From: Candidatus Pelearchaeum maunauluense
GTDB taxonomy: Archaea; Thermoproteota; Nitrososphaeria_A; Caldarchaeales; Caldarchaeaceae
Assembly (NCBI GenBank): GCA_030059675.1
Contig: JANVYQ010000004.1
Location: 1 to 64,000 of the forward strand
Length of the DNA: 64,000 nt
Reading direction: 5' to 3'
Shown here: positions 18,361-27,914 of the stretch, piece by piece
Position numbering within the stretch: the stretch's first letter is position 1
Layout of the letters: each line of letters begins with the position of its first letter
Notes under the pieces: model-generated
What the model was told of the DNA's origin: nothing
Database searches by the model: none
The model's input: the letters and a program-made list of their open reading frames with translations, nothing else
Position numbers and translations under genes: made by a program

Positions 18361-19377
18361 ATGCGTGTAGCCCTAGCTGGTCTAGGCGTCGTGGGTAGGA
18401 GCCTGCTTGAATTAGTACGGGATAGGCGTGAGGAGCTTCTCAAGGTATACGGCCTCAACCCCAGGTTCGTGGCTGTAGCTGATAAGAGCGGGGCCGTCGC
18501 CAGAGCTACGGGGATAAGCCCACATGAAATACTGGAGCAGAAGAAACGGGGAGGAATAACGGGGATAGAAGAAGCTGAAGCAAAGTCAAGCACATTACTA
18601 GACATGCTGGGCGAGCTGGATATAGATGTCTATATTGACGCCACACCCACGAATATAGTTGATGGCGAGCCCAGTTATAGCCTCATACGCAAAGCCATCC
18701 TCGCGCGTGCTGATGTGATAACGGTCAATAAGGGGCCTCTGGCTCTCGCGTTCCCAGCTATACGCGAGCTAGCCGAGAGACGCGGGGTAATCTTTAGGTT
18801 CAGCGGCACAGTGGGGGGCGGGATGCCTGTTCTGGAGTTCGCCAAGGAGTGCGCGCGGGCAGATACCATCATATCTATAGAGGGCGTTCTTAACGGGACG
18901 ACGAACTTCATCCTAACGCGAATGGAGGAAGAGGGGCTTGACTTTCCGACGGCGCTCAAACAGGCGCAGGAGCTGGGCTACGCCGAGCGCGACCCCACGC
19001 TTGACATAAAGGGGCTTGACACAGCCTGCAAAATCACAATCCTAGCCAACGCGGTCCTAGGCATGAACGCGACGCTCCACGACGTAGAGGTTGTGGGGAT
19101 TGATGGCATAGCCCGCGAGGATGTGGTGGATGCGCTGAAGGGCGGGGAGGTAATACGCCTCATAGGCCGCGCTGGAAAGAAGCTCTCCGTAGCGCCTGAA
19201 CGGATACCCAAGGGAGATACGCTAAACGTAAAAGAAGCCATGAACGCCGTAAGACTCACCACAAAATACTCAGGAAGACACACGATAACTGGGAAGGGGG
19301 CTGGCGGCTACGAGACTGCTACGGCTATCTTGAGAGACCTAATCTCAATTAAGCAGCGTAGGCTCGTAGAGGCTTAG
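18361..19377 (+). CDS. hom: Homoserine dehydrogenase
   Basis: GLGVVG, NKGPLA, GVLNGTTNFIL, LGYAE.DP..D and GKGAGG.ETA. Confidence 0.95.
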   Translation: MRVALAGLGVVGRSLLELVRDRREELLKVYGLNPRFVAVADKSGAVARATGISPHEILEQKKRGGITGIEEAEAKSSTLLDMLGELDIDVYIDATPTNIVDGEPSYSLIRKAILARADVITVNKGPLALAFPAIRELAERRGVIFRFSGTVGGGMPVLEFAKECARADTIISIEGVLNGTTNFILTRMEEEGLDFPTALKQAQELGYAERDPTLDIKGLDTACKITILANAVLGMNATLHDVEVVGIDGIAREDVVDALKGGEVIRLIGRAGKKLSVAPERIPKGDTLNVKEAMNAVRLTTKYSGRHTITGKGAGGYETATAILRDLISIKQRRLVEA

Positions 19378-19395
19378 CAGGAGAGGGGGCGGGAA

Positions 19396-20796
19396 TTGAG
19401 GATAGTGATGAAGTTCGGCGGCACTTCGCTCGCGTCGGCTGAGAGGATCAAGCATGTAGCAGAGCTGGTGAAGTCCTACCTCAAGGATAATGAGATAGTG
19501 GTGGTGTGTTCCGCTGCTGGGGACACGACCGACACGCTGATAACGCTTGTGGAGAAGGCTCGTAAGGGCCGTCATGAGGAGGTTGAGGAGATTCTCTCAG
19601 GCATAGAGTCGCTTCATAACGGGCTGCTGGACGCTGTTACTGATGTTAGGGTTAGGGAGGATGTGAGCGAGGCGATACGGCAGCAGCTAAGAGAGCTTAG
19701 GCGCGCGGTTCTGGGGATAACATACCTACGCGAAGCTACGCCGCGCAGCACGGATTATGTCCTCTCATTCGGCGAGAAGTTCTCCACAAGGATAGTGAGC
19801 GGCGCTCTAGCCTCACTGGGCGTGAAGACAACCTACCTAGAAGGCGGGGAAGCGGGAATAGTCACGGACTCAAACTTCGGCGAGGCGTCGCCGCTGATGG
19901 AGGTAACTAGGTTTGAGGTTAAGCGGAAGGTTGGCCGCCTGCTTGAGGAGGGCTACACGCCGACGATAACGGGCTTCATAGCATCCAACGAGGAGGGCGT
20001 TACCACAACTCTAGGACGCGGAGGCTCGGACTACACGGCTACAATACTCGCGTATAGCCTGGAGGCAGACGAGGTCTGGCTCTGGAGTGATGTTGATGGC
20101 CTAATGACGGCTCACCCGAAGATAGTGAAGGAAGCCCGTGTTCTGGAGAAGATTTCATACAACGAGGCTATAGAGATGGCGCTCTTCGGAGCTAAGGGGC
20201 TTCATCCACGCGCCTTGGAGCCAGCCATGAATGCGCGCATACCAGTGAGAATCAAGAACATCTTCAACGTGGAGGCTCCTGGGACGCTAATCTCGGAGCA
20301 GGGAGCTCCAGCGGGGCAGAGGGCTGTTAAGGCCGTTCTCCTCGTGAATGATACCGCCATGCTAACAGTACGCGGGGCGAGCATGGTGGGCAGGCCAGGG
20401 ACGTCTGCGCGAATCCTAGACACGCTGGCAAGGACTGGGATTAACGTGATGATGATTTCCCAGAGCGTCTCCGAGTCCAGCATATCCCTCATAATAAGAC
20501 GCGAAAAGCTTCACAAGGCTGTTACAGCTCTGGAGAACGCCCTCCTGGGTACTGGTGTAGTAGCTTCCATAGAGTATGAGGATGACGTTAGCGTCGTTGC
20601 CGTCGTGGGCGAGGGTATGAAGGGCACTCCAGGGGTTGCCAGCCGCGTCTTCGGCGCTGTTGCTGGGCGTGGTATAAACATAAGGATGATAGCCCAAGGA
20701 AGCTCCGAGCTTAACATAAGCTTCGTAGTCAAGGAGAATGACGGGGCTGAGGCTGTTAAGGCTATACACGAGGAGTATAAGCTGGAGAGCGTCTAG
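19396..20796 (+). CDS. lysC: Aspartate kinase
   Basis: MKFGGTS, TTLGRGGSDYTA, DVDG and two ACT domains (SQSVSE, AQGSSE). Confidence 0.95.
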   Translation: MRIVMKFGGTSLASAERIKHVAELVKSYLKDNEIVVVCSAAGDTTDTLITLVEKARKGRHEEVEEILSGIESLHNGLLDAVTDVRVREDVSEAIRQQLRELRRAVLGITYLREATPRSTDYVLSFGEKFSTRIVSGALASLGVKTTYLEGGEAGIVTDSNFGEASPLMEVTRFEVKRKVGRLLEEGYTPTITGFIASNEEGVTTTLGRGGSDYTATILAYSLEADEVWLWSDVDGLMTAHPKIVKEARVLEKISYNEAIEMALFGAKGLHPRALEPAMNARIPVRIKNIFNVEAPGTLISEQGAPAGQRAVKAVLLVNDTAMLTVRGASMVGRPGTSARILDTLARTGINVMMISQSVSESSISLIIRREKLHKAVTALENALLGTGVVASIEYEDDVSVVAVVGEGMKGTPGVASRVFGAVAGRGINIRMIAQGSSELNISFVVKENDGAEAVKAIHEEYKLESV

Positions 20797-21092
20797 GAAA
20801 GCTCCTTCAAAGCTGTTAGGAAGTCGGCGAGGGATACTACTCCCTCCGAGGTGAGGGAGATTATCCTAGCCCGCATGTCTTCCCACGTCTTATCAACCTT
20901 GATGTATCCCTTCTCCTCCAGAACCTTTAGGTGGTGAGCTAGGTTTCCAGCAGAAATACCCAACCCCTCCGCAATCTCCTTAAACCTAGCGCGCCCCTTT
21001 AGCGAGAGGTAGAGCATTATGGCTAGCCTATACCTGTCCCCAAGCACGCCGCCCTTCTCAAGAAGATGACGAATCCTCTCCTCTGGCTGCAT
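20793..21092 (-). CDS. Winged-helix (ArsR/MarR-like) transcriptional regulator
   Basis: RLAIMLYL...F.EI...LGIS.GNL.HHLKVLEE.GYI...LT.EG. Confidence 0.85.
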   Translation of the reverse strand: MQPEERIRHLLEKGGVLGDRYRLAIMLYLSLKGRARFKEIAEGLGISAGNLAHHLKVLEEKGYIKVDKTWEDMRARIISLTSEGVVSLADFLTALKELS

Positions 21093-21768
21093 GGAGTATG
21101 CCCGACACCCTGCCTCGTGCAGAGATTACGTACCACGAGGCTGTTATAAAGCCGGCTAGGACGGTGTGTATGGTCAGGAGAATGTAGGAAAGCATTATTG
21201 TGTCTGGCCTGCTTGAAGCCATGAAGGGGATTGTGAAGTAAGTGGGTATTGTTAGGAGGAGATAGAGTCCAGCGAAGAGCGGCCGTGGGTCAAATAGCCG
21301 TGCAATCCTCATGTTGGTTAGGAACATGCCGAGATTGCCTAGGCTTACGCCCAAGCTAACAGCCACTGGAATCTTGACTAGGTTATACTGGTCTGGTATA
21401 AGCGTTAGTGAGAGCAGGAAGGCGGCTGTCATACCACCCATCCATGAAGCGCCGATAAAGTTGCCAGCACGCTTGCGCGTCTTTAGATAATTCCGCCTCT
21501 CCTCAGGGCTTACCGTTAGGAGGGATAGAAAGTCGGAGATTCTAGCGATTATTGAGTATGCGATTCCCGCTACTGCGAATAACGCTGCGAATATCCCCAC
21601 GATTAGCGCCGCAAAGTATGGACTCGGCTCTATGAAGAATGAGAGGAGACCAGTAATCCAGCCCCCAGCTATGCCGACCAATGTGGTGAGCAGGTATATT
21701 ATAGCTGCGGAAGCCCTCGCCACTACCTCGCCAGACGCCTCCAAAACCCGTACCGAGTCACTGCTCAT
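21058..21768 (-). CDS. Integral membrane protein (about 6 TM), co-transcribed with the wHTH regulator
   Basis: Hydrophobic ORF overlapping the regulator start. Confidence 0.7.
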   Translation of the reverse strand: MSSDSVRVLEASGEVVARASAAIIYLLTTLVGIAGGWITGLLSFFIEPSPYFAALIVGIFAALFAVAGIAYSIIARISDFLSLLTVSPEERRNYLKTRKRAGNFIGASWMGGMTAAFLLSLTLIPDQYNLVKIPVAVSLGVSLGNLGMFLTNMRIARLFDPRPLFAGLYLLLTIPTYFTIPFMASSRPDTIMLSYILLTIHTVLAGFITASWYVISARGRVSGILHAARGEDSSSS

Positions 21769-21876
21769 ACCAGCTTTAGCATGGTGGCAGGAGGGCTACT
21801 TAAGGGGTTGTTTTCTTTGCCAGACAAAGAAGAGTCAGCATTAAGAATATCGTAAGTCTCTCATGCTGCTACGGAC

Positions 21877-22803
21877 ATGCAGCGCGGGGTTGTTGAGGTG
21901 AGAAACCTCGTCAAGGTTTATGATGGTGTTAGGGCTGTTGATGGTATATCATTCACGGTAGCGCGTGGTGAGGTCCTCGCATTCCTAGGCCCCAACGGCG
22001 CTGGGAAGACCACCACGATAGAGATACTGGAGTGCCTCAGGCCAAAAACAGATGGAGAAGCCCGCGTGTTTGGCCTTGACGTATAAGACCCAACAGATGC
22101 GCGGGAGATACGCTCGCGTATAGGTGTTCTGCCGCAGGATTTTAAGGGTCTTGACAAGCTAACCGTGTTGGAGAACGTCAGGTTCTTCGCCAAGCTATAT
22201 GGAAGGAGCGTGGATATTGGGGAGATTCTTAAGAGGCTTGGGCTCTGGGGGAGGCGTAGGCAGCGGTTTGACAAGCTCTCTGGAGGTCTTAAGCAGCGCG
22301 TAGGCCTGGCAGCAGCCTTGGTGAACGGCCCAGAGCTGGTCTTCCTTGACGAGCCGACCACTGGTCTTGACCCAAGCGCCAGGCGCGGGGTTTGGGATGT
22401 GATAAGAGAGCTCTCGCGCGAGGGTAAGACCGTCTTCCTTACTACGCACTACATGGAGGAGGCCGAGTACCTGGCTGACCATATAGCGATAATCAACAAG
22501 GGTAGGATTGTCGCTTATGGTTCTCCCAGCGAGCTTATACGCGCACACGGCGGAGCTAGGCGGCTTGTCCTCAAACGCATGGCAAGGCTCCGCGGGGAGC
22601 TGGAGAATCTGGGGATAGAGGTGGAGGAGCGCGGAAGCGATCTAGAGCTTCCATTCACCAACATAAGGGAGCTACATAGCCTGCTTGACGCGCTCAAACA
22701 GCTGGGAGATGATGTGGAGCTTCAGATAAGAAGCCCAGGTATTGAGGACGTCTTCCTCAACCTACTAGGCTCGCGCATAACCGAGGAGGGGGCTCTGGCA
22801 TGA
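21877..22803 (+). pseudogene. ABC-2 exporter ATP-binding protein interrupted by in-frame TAA
   Basis: Walker A GPNGAGKT lies before TAA at 22084-22086; the same frame continues DPTDAREIRSRIGVLPQ to LSGG and LDEPTTGLD. Confidence 0.85.
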
Positions 22804-24029
22804 GGAGGGCGTTCATAGTCTTCTCAGCTACCTTCAAGGACTGGATGCGCAGCAAGGCTGGAGTGTTCTTCAGCATACTCTTCCCCATAATGCTCCTCCT
22901 AGTCTTCGGCTCAGGTGGTCAGGCAACATACACACTATACGTCCAAAACCTAGACCTGGACGAGCAGGGCAGGCAGGCTCAGATATCAAGAGCCTTCATA
23001 GATGCGCTAAACATGACCAACGTTCTGGAGATACGTGAAGTCCCCAGCGATGTTGATGGAGTAGAATACATACGCAGTATTGCTGGGGGTTTTGGCGAGA
23101 GGCCGCGCCTCCTCATAATACCAGCGGGATTCTCCGAGGCTGTTATGCAAGGCTCTATAAGAGCGCGGCTCAACATAACCATCAGCATAATGGACTATGC
23201 CCTCGCCTATGGTGGCGAGACTATCCCCGAAGATGTTAGAGAGCTGATGGAGCAGGCGCGCGTGTATCTAGCCCAGCAGTCCGAAGAACTCGGCGGCAAG
23301 CAGGCGACGCTAATCCTGTTGATAGACCCATCAGACCAGGAAGGCCAGTTCATCAAGGGAATAATAACCAACATGGCGTCGGAGTTCAGTATCAGGGCAA
23401 TAGGCGCTGAGCGGCTGATGACGCTGAAGACCGAGATAATAACATCAAAATCCCTCAAGCCAGTTGATTATCTCCTCCCAGGGATTGGGGCTACGTTCAT
23501 AATGACCAACGGAATCCTGGGAGTTGCTCCCGTTGTGAGCGAGTATAGGCGGCGCGGGCTGGTTAAGCGCCTAGCCACAACGCCGCTCAGGCGCGTGGAG
23601 TGGATTATCGGCAACATGATGACACAGACGGTACTGGGCTTCCTGCTTACAGCGGTAGCCCTGGCCGTAGGCTTCGCGGTATTCGGCGTAAGGGCGCTAC
23701 CAAGCCCAATTGGAATAGCCCTGATAGTGGCGGGAGCAGTAGCCTTCGCAGGCCTGGTGAAGGACGTGGAGGCGGTAACAGGCCTGGGAAACTCAATAGC
23801 CTTCCCCATGATGTTCCTAGCGGGGACGTTCTGGCCTATAGAAGCCATGCCAGACTTCCTACAGGCTGTTGCTAGGTATCTGCCGCTCACATACCTGGCT
23901 GAGGGGCTTAGGGCAGACCTCATACTCCACGACCAGCAGGCTGTGGCGAGCTCGCTGCTGGTAATCCTAGCCCTGGCCGCGGTGTTCATAGGCATAGGTT
24001 CATTAGCTACTCGGTGGCGGGAGAAGTAG
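22800..24029 (+). CDS. ABC-2 exporter permease
   Basis: FFSILFP, large extracellular loop, KRLATTP, PMMFLAGTFWP and YLPLTY. Confidence 0.88.
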   Translation: MRRAFIVFSATFKDWMRSKAGVFFSILFPIMLLLVFGSGGQATYTLYVQNLDLDEQGRQAQISRAFIDALNMTNVLEIREVPSDVDGVEYIRSIAGGFGERPRLLIIPAGFSEAVMQGSIRARLNITISIMDYALAYGGETIPEDVRELMEQARVYLAQQSEELGGKQATLILLIDPSDQEGQFIKGIITNMASEFSIRAIGAERLMTLKTEIITSKSLKPVDYLLPGIGATFIMTNGILGVAPVVSEYRRRGLVKRLATTPLRRVEWIIGNMMTQTVLGFLLTAVALAVGFAVFGVRALPSPIGIALIVAGAVAFAGLVKDVEAVTGLGNSIAFPMMFLAGTFWPIEAMPDFLQAVARYLPLTYLAEGLRADLILHDQQAVASSLLVILALAAVFIGIGSLATRWREK

Positions 24030-24049
24030 CGAGACGTGAAGGCATTTTG

Positions 24050-24583
24050 ATGCCTGAGCAGGAGAAGAGCCTACTTGAGTCGTTTATGCGTATTGCAGCG
24101 TATAGGGAGGTCTTCAGCCAGTATGAGGGCTACGAGCACCGCGTAATGCCTGGCACGATAACGGCTTTGGGCGAGGCCCTGGACGAGGCGGCATCCAGGC
24201 TACCCTCGCGAAGCCTCTTCATGGTGGGAATACCAGCAGGAATATACCGCGCCCTCTGGGAAGGATTCAGGGAGAGCAACAGCTTCCACCTCCTAGATCC
24301 AATCGCCGCGAGCGGCTTTGACCTATGGGTTATAGCGGTGCCGCAAGAGAGCGTCCGCAGGGTTACGTGGCTGGTCTTTCCAGTAACGCGCGAAGACTTG
24401 ATGGAGCTGCGCAAGTCGCCTGTCTTCCCCATAGTGGTGGTTCCCATAAGCGAGCAGAGTTTTGATGAGCTTACCGAGAGGGTTGATGCGGTTGTTGCGG
24501 CGATTAAGCAGGGCGCCGAGTCTCCATCTGCAGAGGGGCTGCTGCTCCTATTAGACCTCACTGACCTCTTCGCCGAACGCTAA
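24050..24583 (+). CDS. Hypothetical protein
   Basis: Open frame with host-like codon use filling the gap; no family recognised. Confidence 0.6.
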   Translation: MPEQEKSLLESFMRIAAYREVFSQYEGYEHRVMPGTITALGEALDEAASRLPSRSLFMVGIPAGIYRALWEGFRESNSFHLLDPIAASGFDLWVIAVPQESVRRVTWLVFPVTREDLMELRKSPVFPIVVVPISEQSFDELTERVDAVVAAIKQGAESPSAEGLLLLLDLTDLFAER

Positions 24584-25011
24584 ACCCTGCCCTTCGCAAA
24601 CTCTATCTTATGACGATGCTCGTAGCTGTGTTTAACTGCCTGGAGAATCTCTTCCATCGTAGCGACCATCAAGGGCTTGTCAAGCTTTCTCACCAGAACC
24701 GCGGCCTCCCCCGTCCTTAATCCTAGCTCGCGCGCCAGCGCGTTGGTGTCAAGCCCCCCTACTGGAGTGTAGAAACGCGAGAGGTCTGCCGAGAGTCTAG
24801 CTGGCTTATAGTCCTTAGCCTTGAAGAAGATTTGCGTCCACGCCCTAACCTCCTCCACCGACGCTATGCGCTTCTTGAAGAGGTTTGAAACCTGCTTGGC
24901 AAGCTCTGGAGCAAGCTCCACGGCAAGCTCATGGGCGGCTCGCCAAGTATATTCCGATCGCGACTCCGTGAGCCAGGTATCCTCGTCAACACACCTAAAG
25001 TAGCGCGGCAT
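24580..25011 (-). CDS. Hypothetical protein
   Basis: 143-aa ORF with an AGGTGA RBS-like sequence upstream of the ATG; no family recognised. Confidence 0.7.
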   Translation of the reverse strand: MPRYFRCVDEDTWLTESRSEYTWRAAHELAVELAPELAKQVSNLFKKRIASVEEVRAWTQIFFKAKDYKPARLSADLSRFYTPVGGLDTNALARELGLRTGEAAVLVRKLDKPLMVATMEEILQAVKHSYEHRHKIEFAKGRV

Positions 25012-25131
25012 AAATCACCTGCTCCAGCGGAAGCGGCGAGAAAACCTGCTTAATACCCTAACCCAAAAACATGACTTCTGAGATTAAGATAATATAGGAC
25101 TTCCCGTGGAGGCGGTGAGAGAAGCAGTAGC

Positions 25132-26289
25132 ATGTCCGTTTACCTGGTCCTGCTTGGAATAGCTGTTGCGTGGGTTTTAGTGTATGTTGTTTTGAAGTAT
25201 GTTTTCTCGCGGGATGTGGAGAAGGGGGAGAACGTAAGCCTCTACCCCCTCTTCATCATGCTCAAGGCCAAGAGAGTAACAGGCCCGCTTGATAGGATTG
25301 CCAACAAGTTCCCAGCCTTCTGGGACGCTGTCTCCAGGATTGCGATAGTTACAGGCGTGGGTATGGCCGCGTTGGCCGTCTTCGTCCTAGCGAATAACCT
25401 CCTCACATACCTCTTTAGACCAGAGACCGTAGGGCCTCAGAACATAGTTATCCCGCTCATCATAGGCGTTACAATCAAGCTGGAGCACATTCCCTACCTG
25501 TTGATAGCCCTCGGTATCGTCTTGATAACGCATGAAGGAATGCACGGGATAATAGCCAGGCGTGAGGGGCTTCCAGTAAAGTCCGCTGGGGTCTTCCTCC
25601 TCTTCATACTTCCTGGAGGGTTTGTTGAGCCTGATGAACAGGCGTTTAGAAATGCTCACCTCAACGCTAGGATTAGGGTCGCCGCAGTAGGCTCATTCGC
25701 CAACCTCATAGTTGGGATTATAGCGGTCTTCCTAGTCCTGGGCCTCTTCACATCAACCGAGCAGGGGTTGCTGGTCTCAGAGGTCAGCGAGGACTCAAAG
25801 ATACCTGTGGGGGAGGTAATCGTGAGCGTTGAGGGAATTCCAGTCAATAGCTATACTGTGAGATTCAAGAACATAACGCTTGGCGAGACGATAACCGTAA
25901 CTGGCCTGAAGGGAGAATACACATACCAGGTGCGTGGAGAATTCGTAGGCAGCGAATTTCCCCTGGGAACTTTGATAAGGTCTCTGGGTATTGAGCGGGT
26001 TGACTACTACTTCCCCCTCAGGTTTATGGATGCAGACCCAGGAGCGGTCTACACGCTCTACAGAACCCTGAGCTGGCTTCAGCTAGTCTCCATAGGTGTG
26101 GCGGTATTCAACATGCTCCCGATACACATGCTTGACGGGAGCATAATTCTACGTTCATTCCTAGAGAGATACACGCGGGATGGTAGGAAGATAAACGGTG
26201 CTACACTGGCTGCTACCGCTGTCTGCTTGGGGCTTCTCGCATCCAACGTAATATTCACATACAACACATTCGGCTTCTTCCAGCTCTAG
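25132..26289 (+). CDS. Site-2 protease (M50) intramembrane metalloprotease
   Basis: THEGMHG zinc motif, GGFVEPD, NMLPIHMLDG and a PDZ-like insert. Confidence 0.93.
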   Translation: MSVYLVLLGIAVAWVLVYVVLKYVFSRDVEKGENVSLYPLFIMLKAKRVTGPLDRIANKFPAFWDAVSRIAIVTGVGMAALAVFVLANNLLTYLFRPETVGPQNIVIPLIIGVTIKLEHIPYLLIALGIVLITHEGMHGIIARREGLPVKSAGVFLLFILPGGFVEPDEQAFRNAHLNARIRVAAVGSFANLIVGIIAVFLVLGLFTSTEQGLLVSEVSEDSKIPVGEVIVSVEGIPVNSYTVRFKNITLGETITVTGLKGEYTYQVRGEFVGSEFPLGTLIRSLGIERVDYYFPLRFMDADPGAVYTLYRTLSWLQLVSIGVAVFNMLPIHMLDGSIILRSFLERYTRDGRKINGATLAATAVCLGLLASNVIFTYNTFGFFQL

Positions 26290-26776
26290 CTTCGCCGCGC
26301 CCGCCTTAGGAAGACTAGGAACGCCGCTATGGCTACGATTAGGAGCGCCGCCACCAGCGCTGTGGGAAAGCCTTCCTCACCACCCACCACAATCTCAAAC
26401 TCAACATCATTACTAGAGCCGTCCGATGTGGTGAATGAGAGGAGCACAGTATAGCGCCCAGCTTCGGGGAAGGTTACCCTATACTGGAAGTCGCCGAATC
26501 GCTGCAATTCCTCACCTATGACTTTTAGGGTGAGCCGTCGTGTAGGAGCGAGACCTTTACGCTAACGTTCTCCAAATCGCGGAGCTCTAGGTCTTGTATG
26601 CTGAAGAACAGGGTAGTCGCCTCGCCTATCTCAGGCGGGTTTGGCGCGACCTTGAACTGCACGCGGTAGTCGCCGACTATTTTCAGCTCCCCGCCAACTA
26701 CGTGGGCTGTTGCTGGAGCATTATGAGCCAGCGCGGCGAGTGGAATGAGCGCTATGGTAGCGTGTACCCGCCTCAT
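26286..26776 (-). pseudogene. Secreted Ig-like (YtkA/FixH-like) protein with C-terminal membrane anchor, frameshifted near 26530
   Basis: Signal peptide and PNPP.IGE.T.L.F.I.D in one frame; TLKVIGEELQRFGDFQY.VTFPEAGRY.V and a TM + RRARRS tail in the next frame. Confidence 0.65.
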
Positions 26777-27717
26777 ACAGCGTCCACCACCGCTGTGTTA
26801 AGCTTTAGCGAGTTCAGCAGCTCGCATGCCCTGCATATATCCTTCTTGGTCGGCTCGCCGCAGTATCTACAGCTCTTAAGCTGGCGCTCTTGCTTCACCT
26901 GTATCTTCTCAAAGCTCCTGAGAGCAGCGAATAGGGAGCCTGGATATCTCTCATCATACTCGGCGAGGAATTTCCTTATCATGTCGCGCATGGAGAGGCT
27001 CGCGTTGGGGCAGGCGTGGCTCTGGAACGGGATTCCAATAAGATAGGCGTAGAAGACAACCTCCCTCTCAGGGGTTAGCCTAAACGGCGCCACGCGTGGT
27101 ATAGCCGCACTACCATCGCCGCGTAAGCCTATCTCAAGCCTAGTTAAGTCGCCGCGCATGATGTTCATCATGTATGTCTGGACTATGTCGTCAAGCGTGT
27201 GCGCAGTGGCTATCACCGTAGCGCCCAGCTTCCGCGCAGCGTAGTTTATCGCCTTCCTGCGCAGAACGCCGCACACACTACACGGCTGGAGGCCAAGCCC
27301 CCTATATTCGGGGGTCCTCATTAGCTCCTCAAGACCAAACCCGAAAAGCTCCTCAAAGCTATACACATAAATCTCAACACCCAGCCTCCCAGCGTAATCA
27401 ACAGCGTTCCTAACCGCTTCTGTCCTATAGCCCTCAATCCCCTCATCAATGGTTATCGCGAAGAGCCTAGCGTCGGGAAACTTCTTCTCTATCTTATACA
27501 AAACATTCAGGAGAGATAAGCTGTCCTTGCCTCCTGAGACCGCGACAGCTATCCTGTCATCACGCCTAAGCATCTGATACTTGGCTATAGTCTTCACAAC
27601 ACGTTTCTCAAACGTCTTTATGAAGCATGTCTTGCATAACCTCTCATTAGAGTATACTCTATGATATACTATTGACGCGGCGCCGCATACGTTGCATAGC
27701 TCCTGCTCGCGTGTCAT
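26773..27717 (-). CDS. tRNA 2-thiolation protein (TtuA/Ncs6/NcsA family)
   Basis: N- and C-terminal CxxC zinc fingers, PP-loop SGGKDS, PCSVCGVLRR and TAHTLDD. Confidence 0.92.
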   Translation of the reverse strand: MTREQELCNVCGAASIVYHRVYSNERLCKTCFIKTFEKRVVKTIAKYQMLRRDDRIAVAVSGGKDSLSLLNVLYKIEKKFPDARLFAITIDEGIEGYRTEAVRNAVDYAGRLGVEIYVYSFEELFGFGLEELMRTPEYRGLGLQPCSVCGVLRRKAINYAARKLGATVIATAHTLDDIVQTYMMNIMRGDLTRLEIGLRGDGSAAIPRVAPFRLTPEREVVFYAYLIGIPFQSHACPNASLSMRDMIRKFLAEYDERYPGSLFAALRSFEKIQVKQERQLKSCRYCGEPTKKDICRACELLNSLKLNTAVVDAV

Positions 27718-27914
27718 TCACCCGTCCAGCAGCCAGCGCCACCTGATAAATCATTATGAGAAACAACCCATCCACCCATCATGTTAGGCGGGGTGTTCAT
27801 GTGTAAAAATTAACGAAGCGTATAAGAAGGCTGCGGAAATTATTATTTGCATACAATCTTTATAGTTAAGATAAGAAAAATATTAATATCCTATTAGCAT
27901 TTCACACAACCGCC

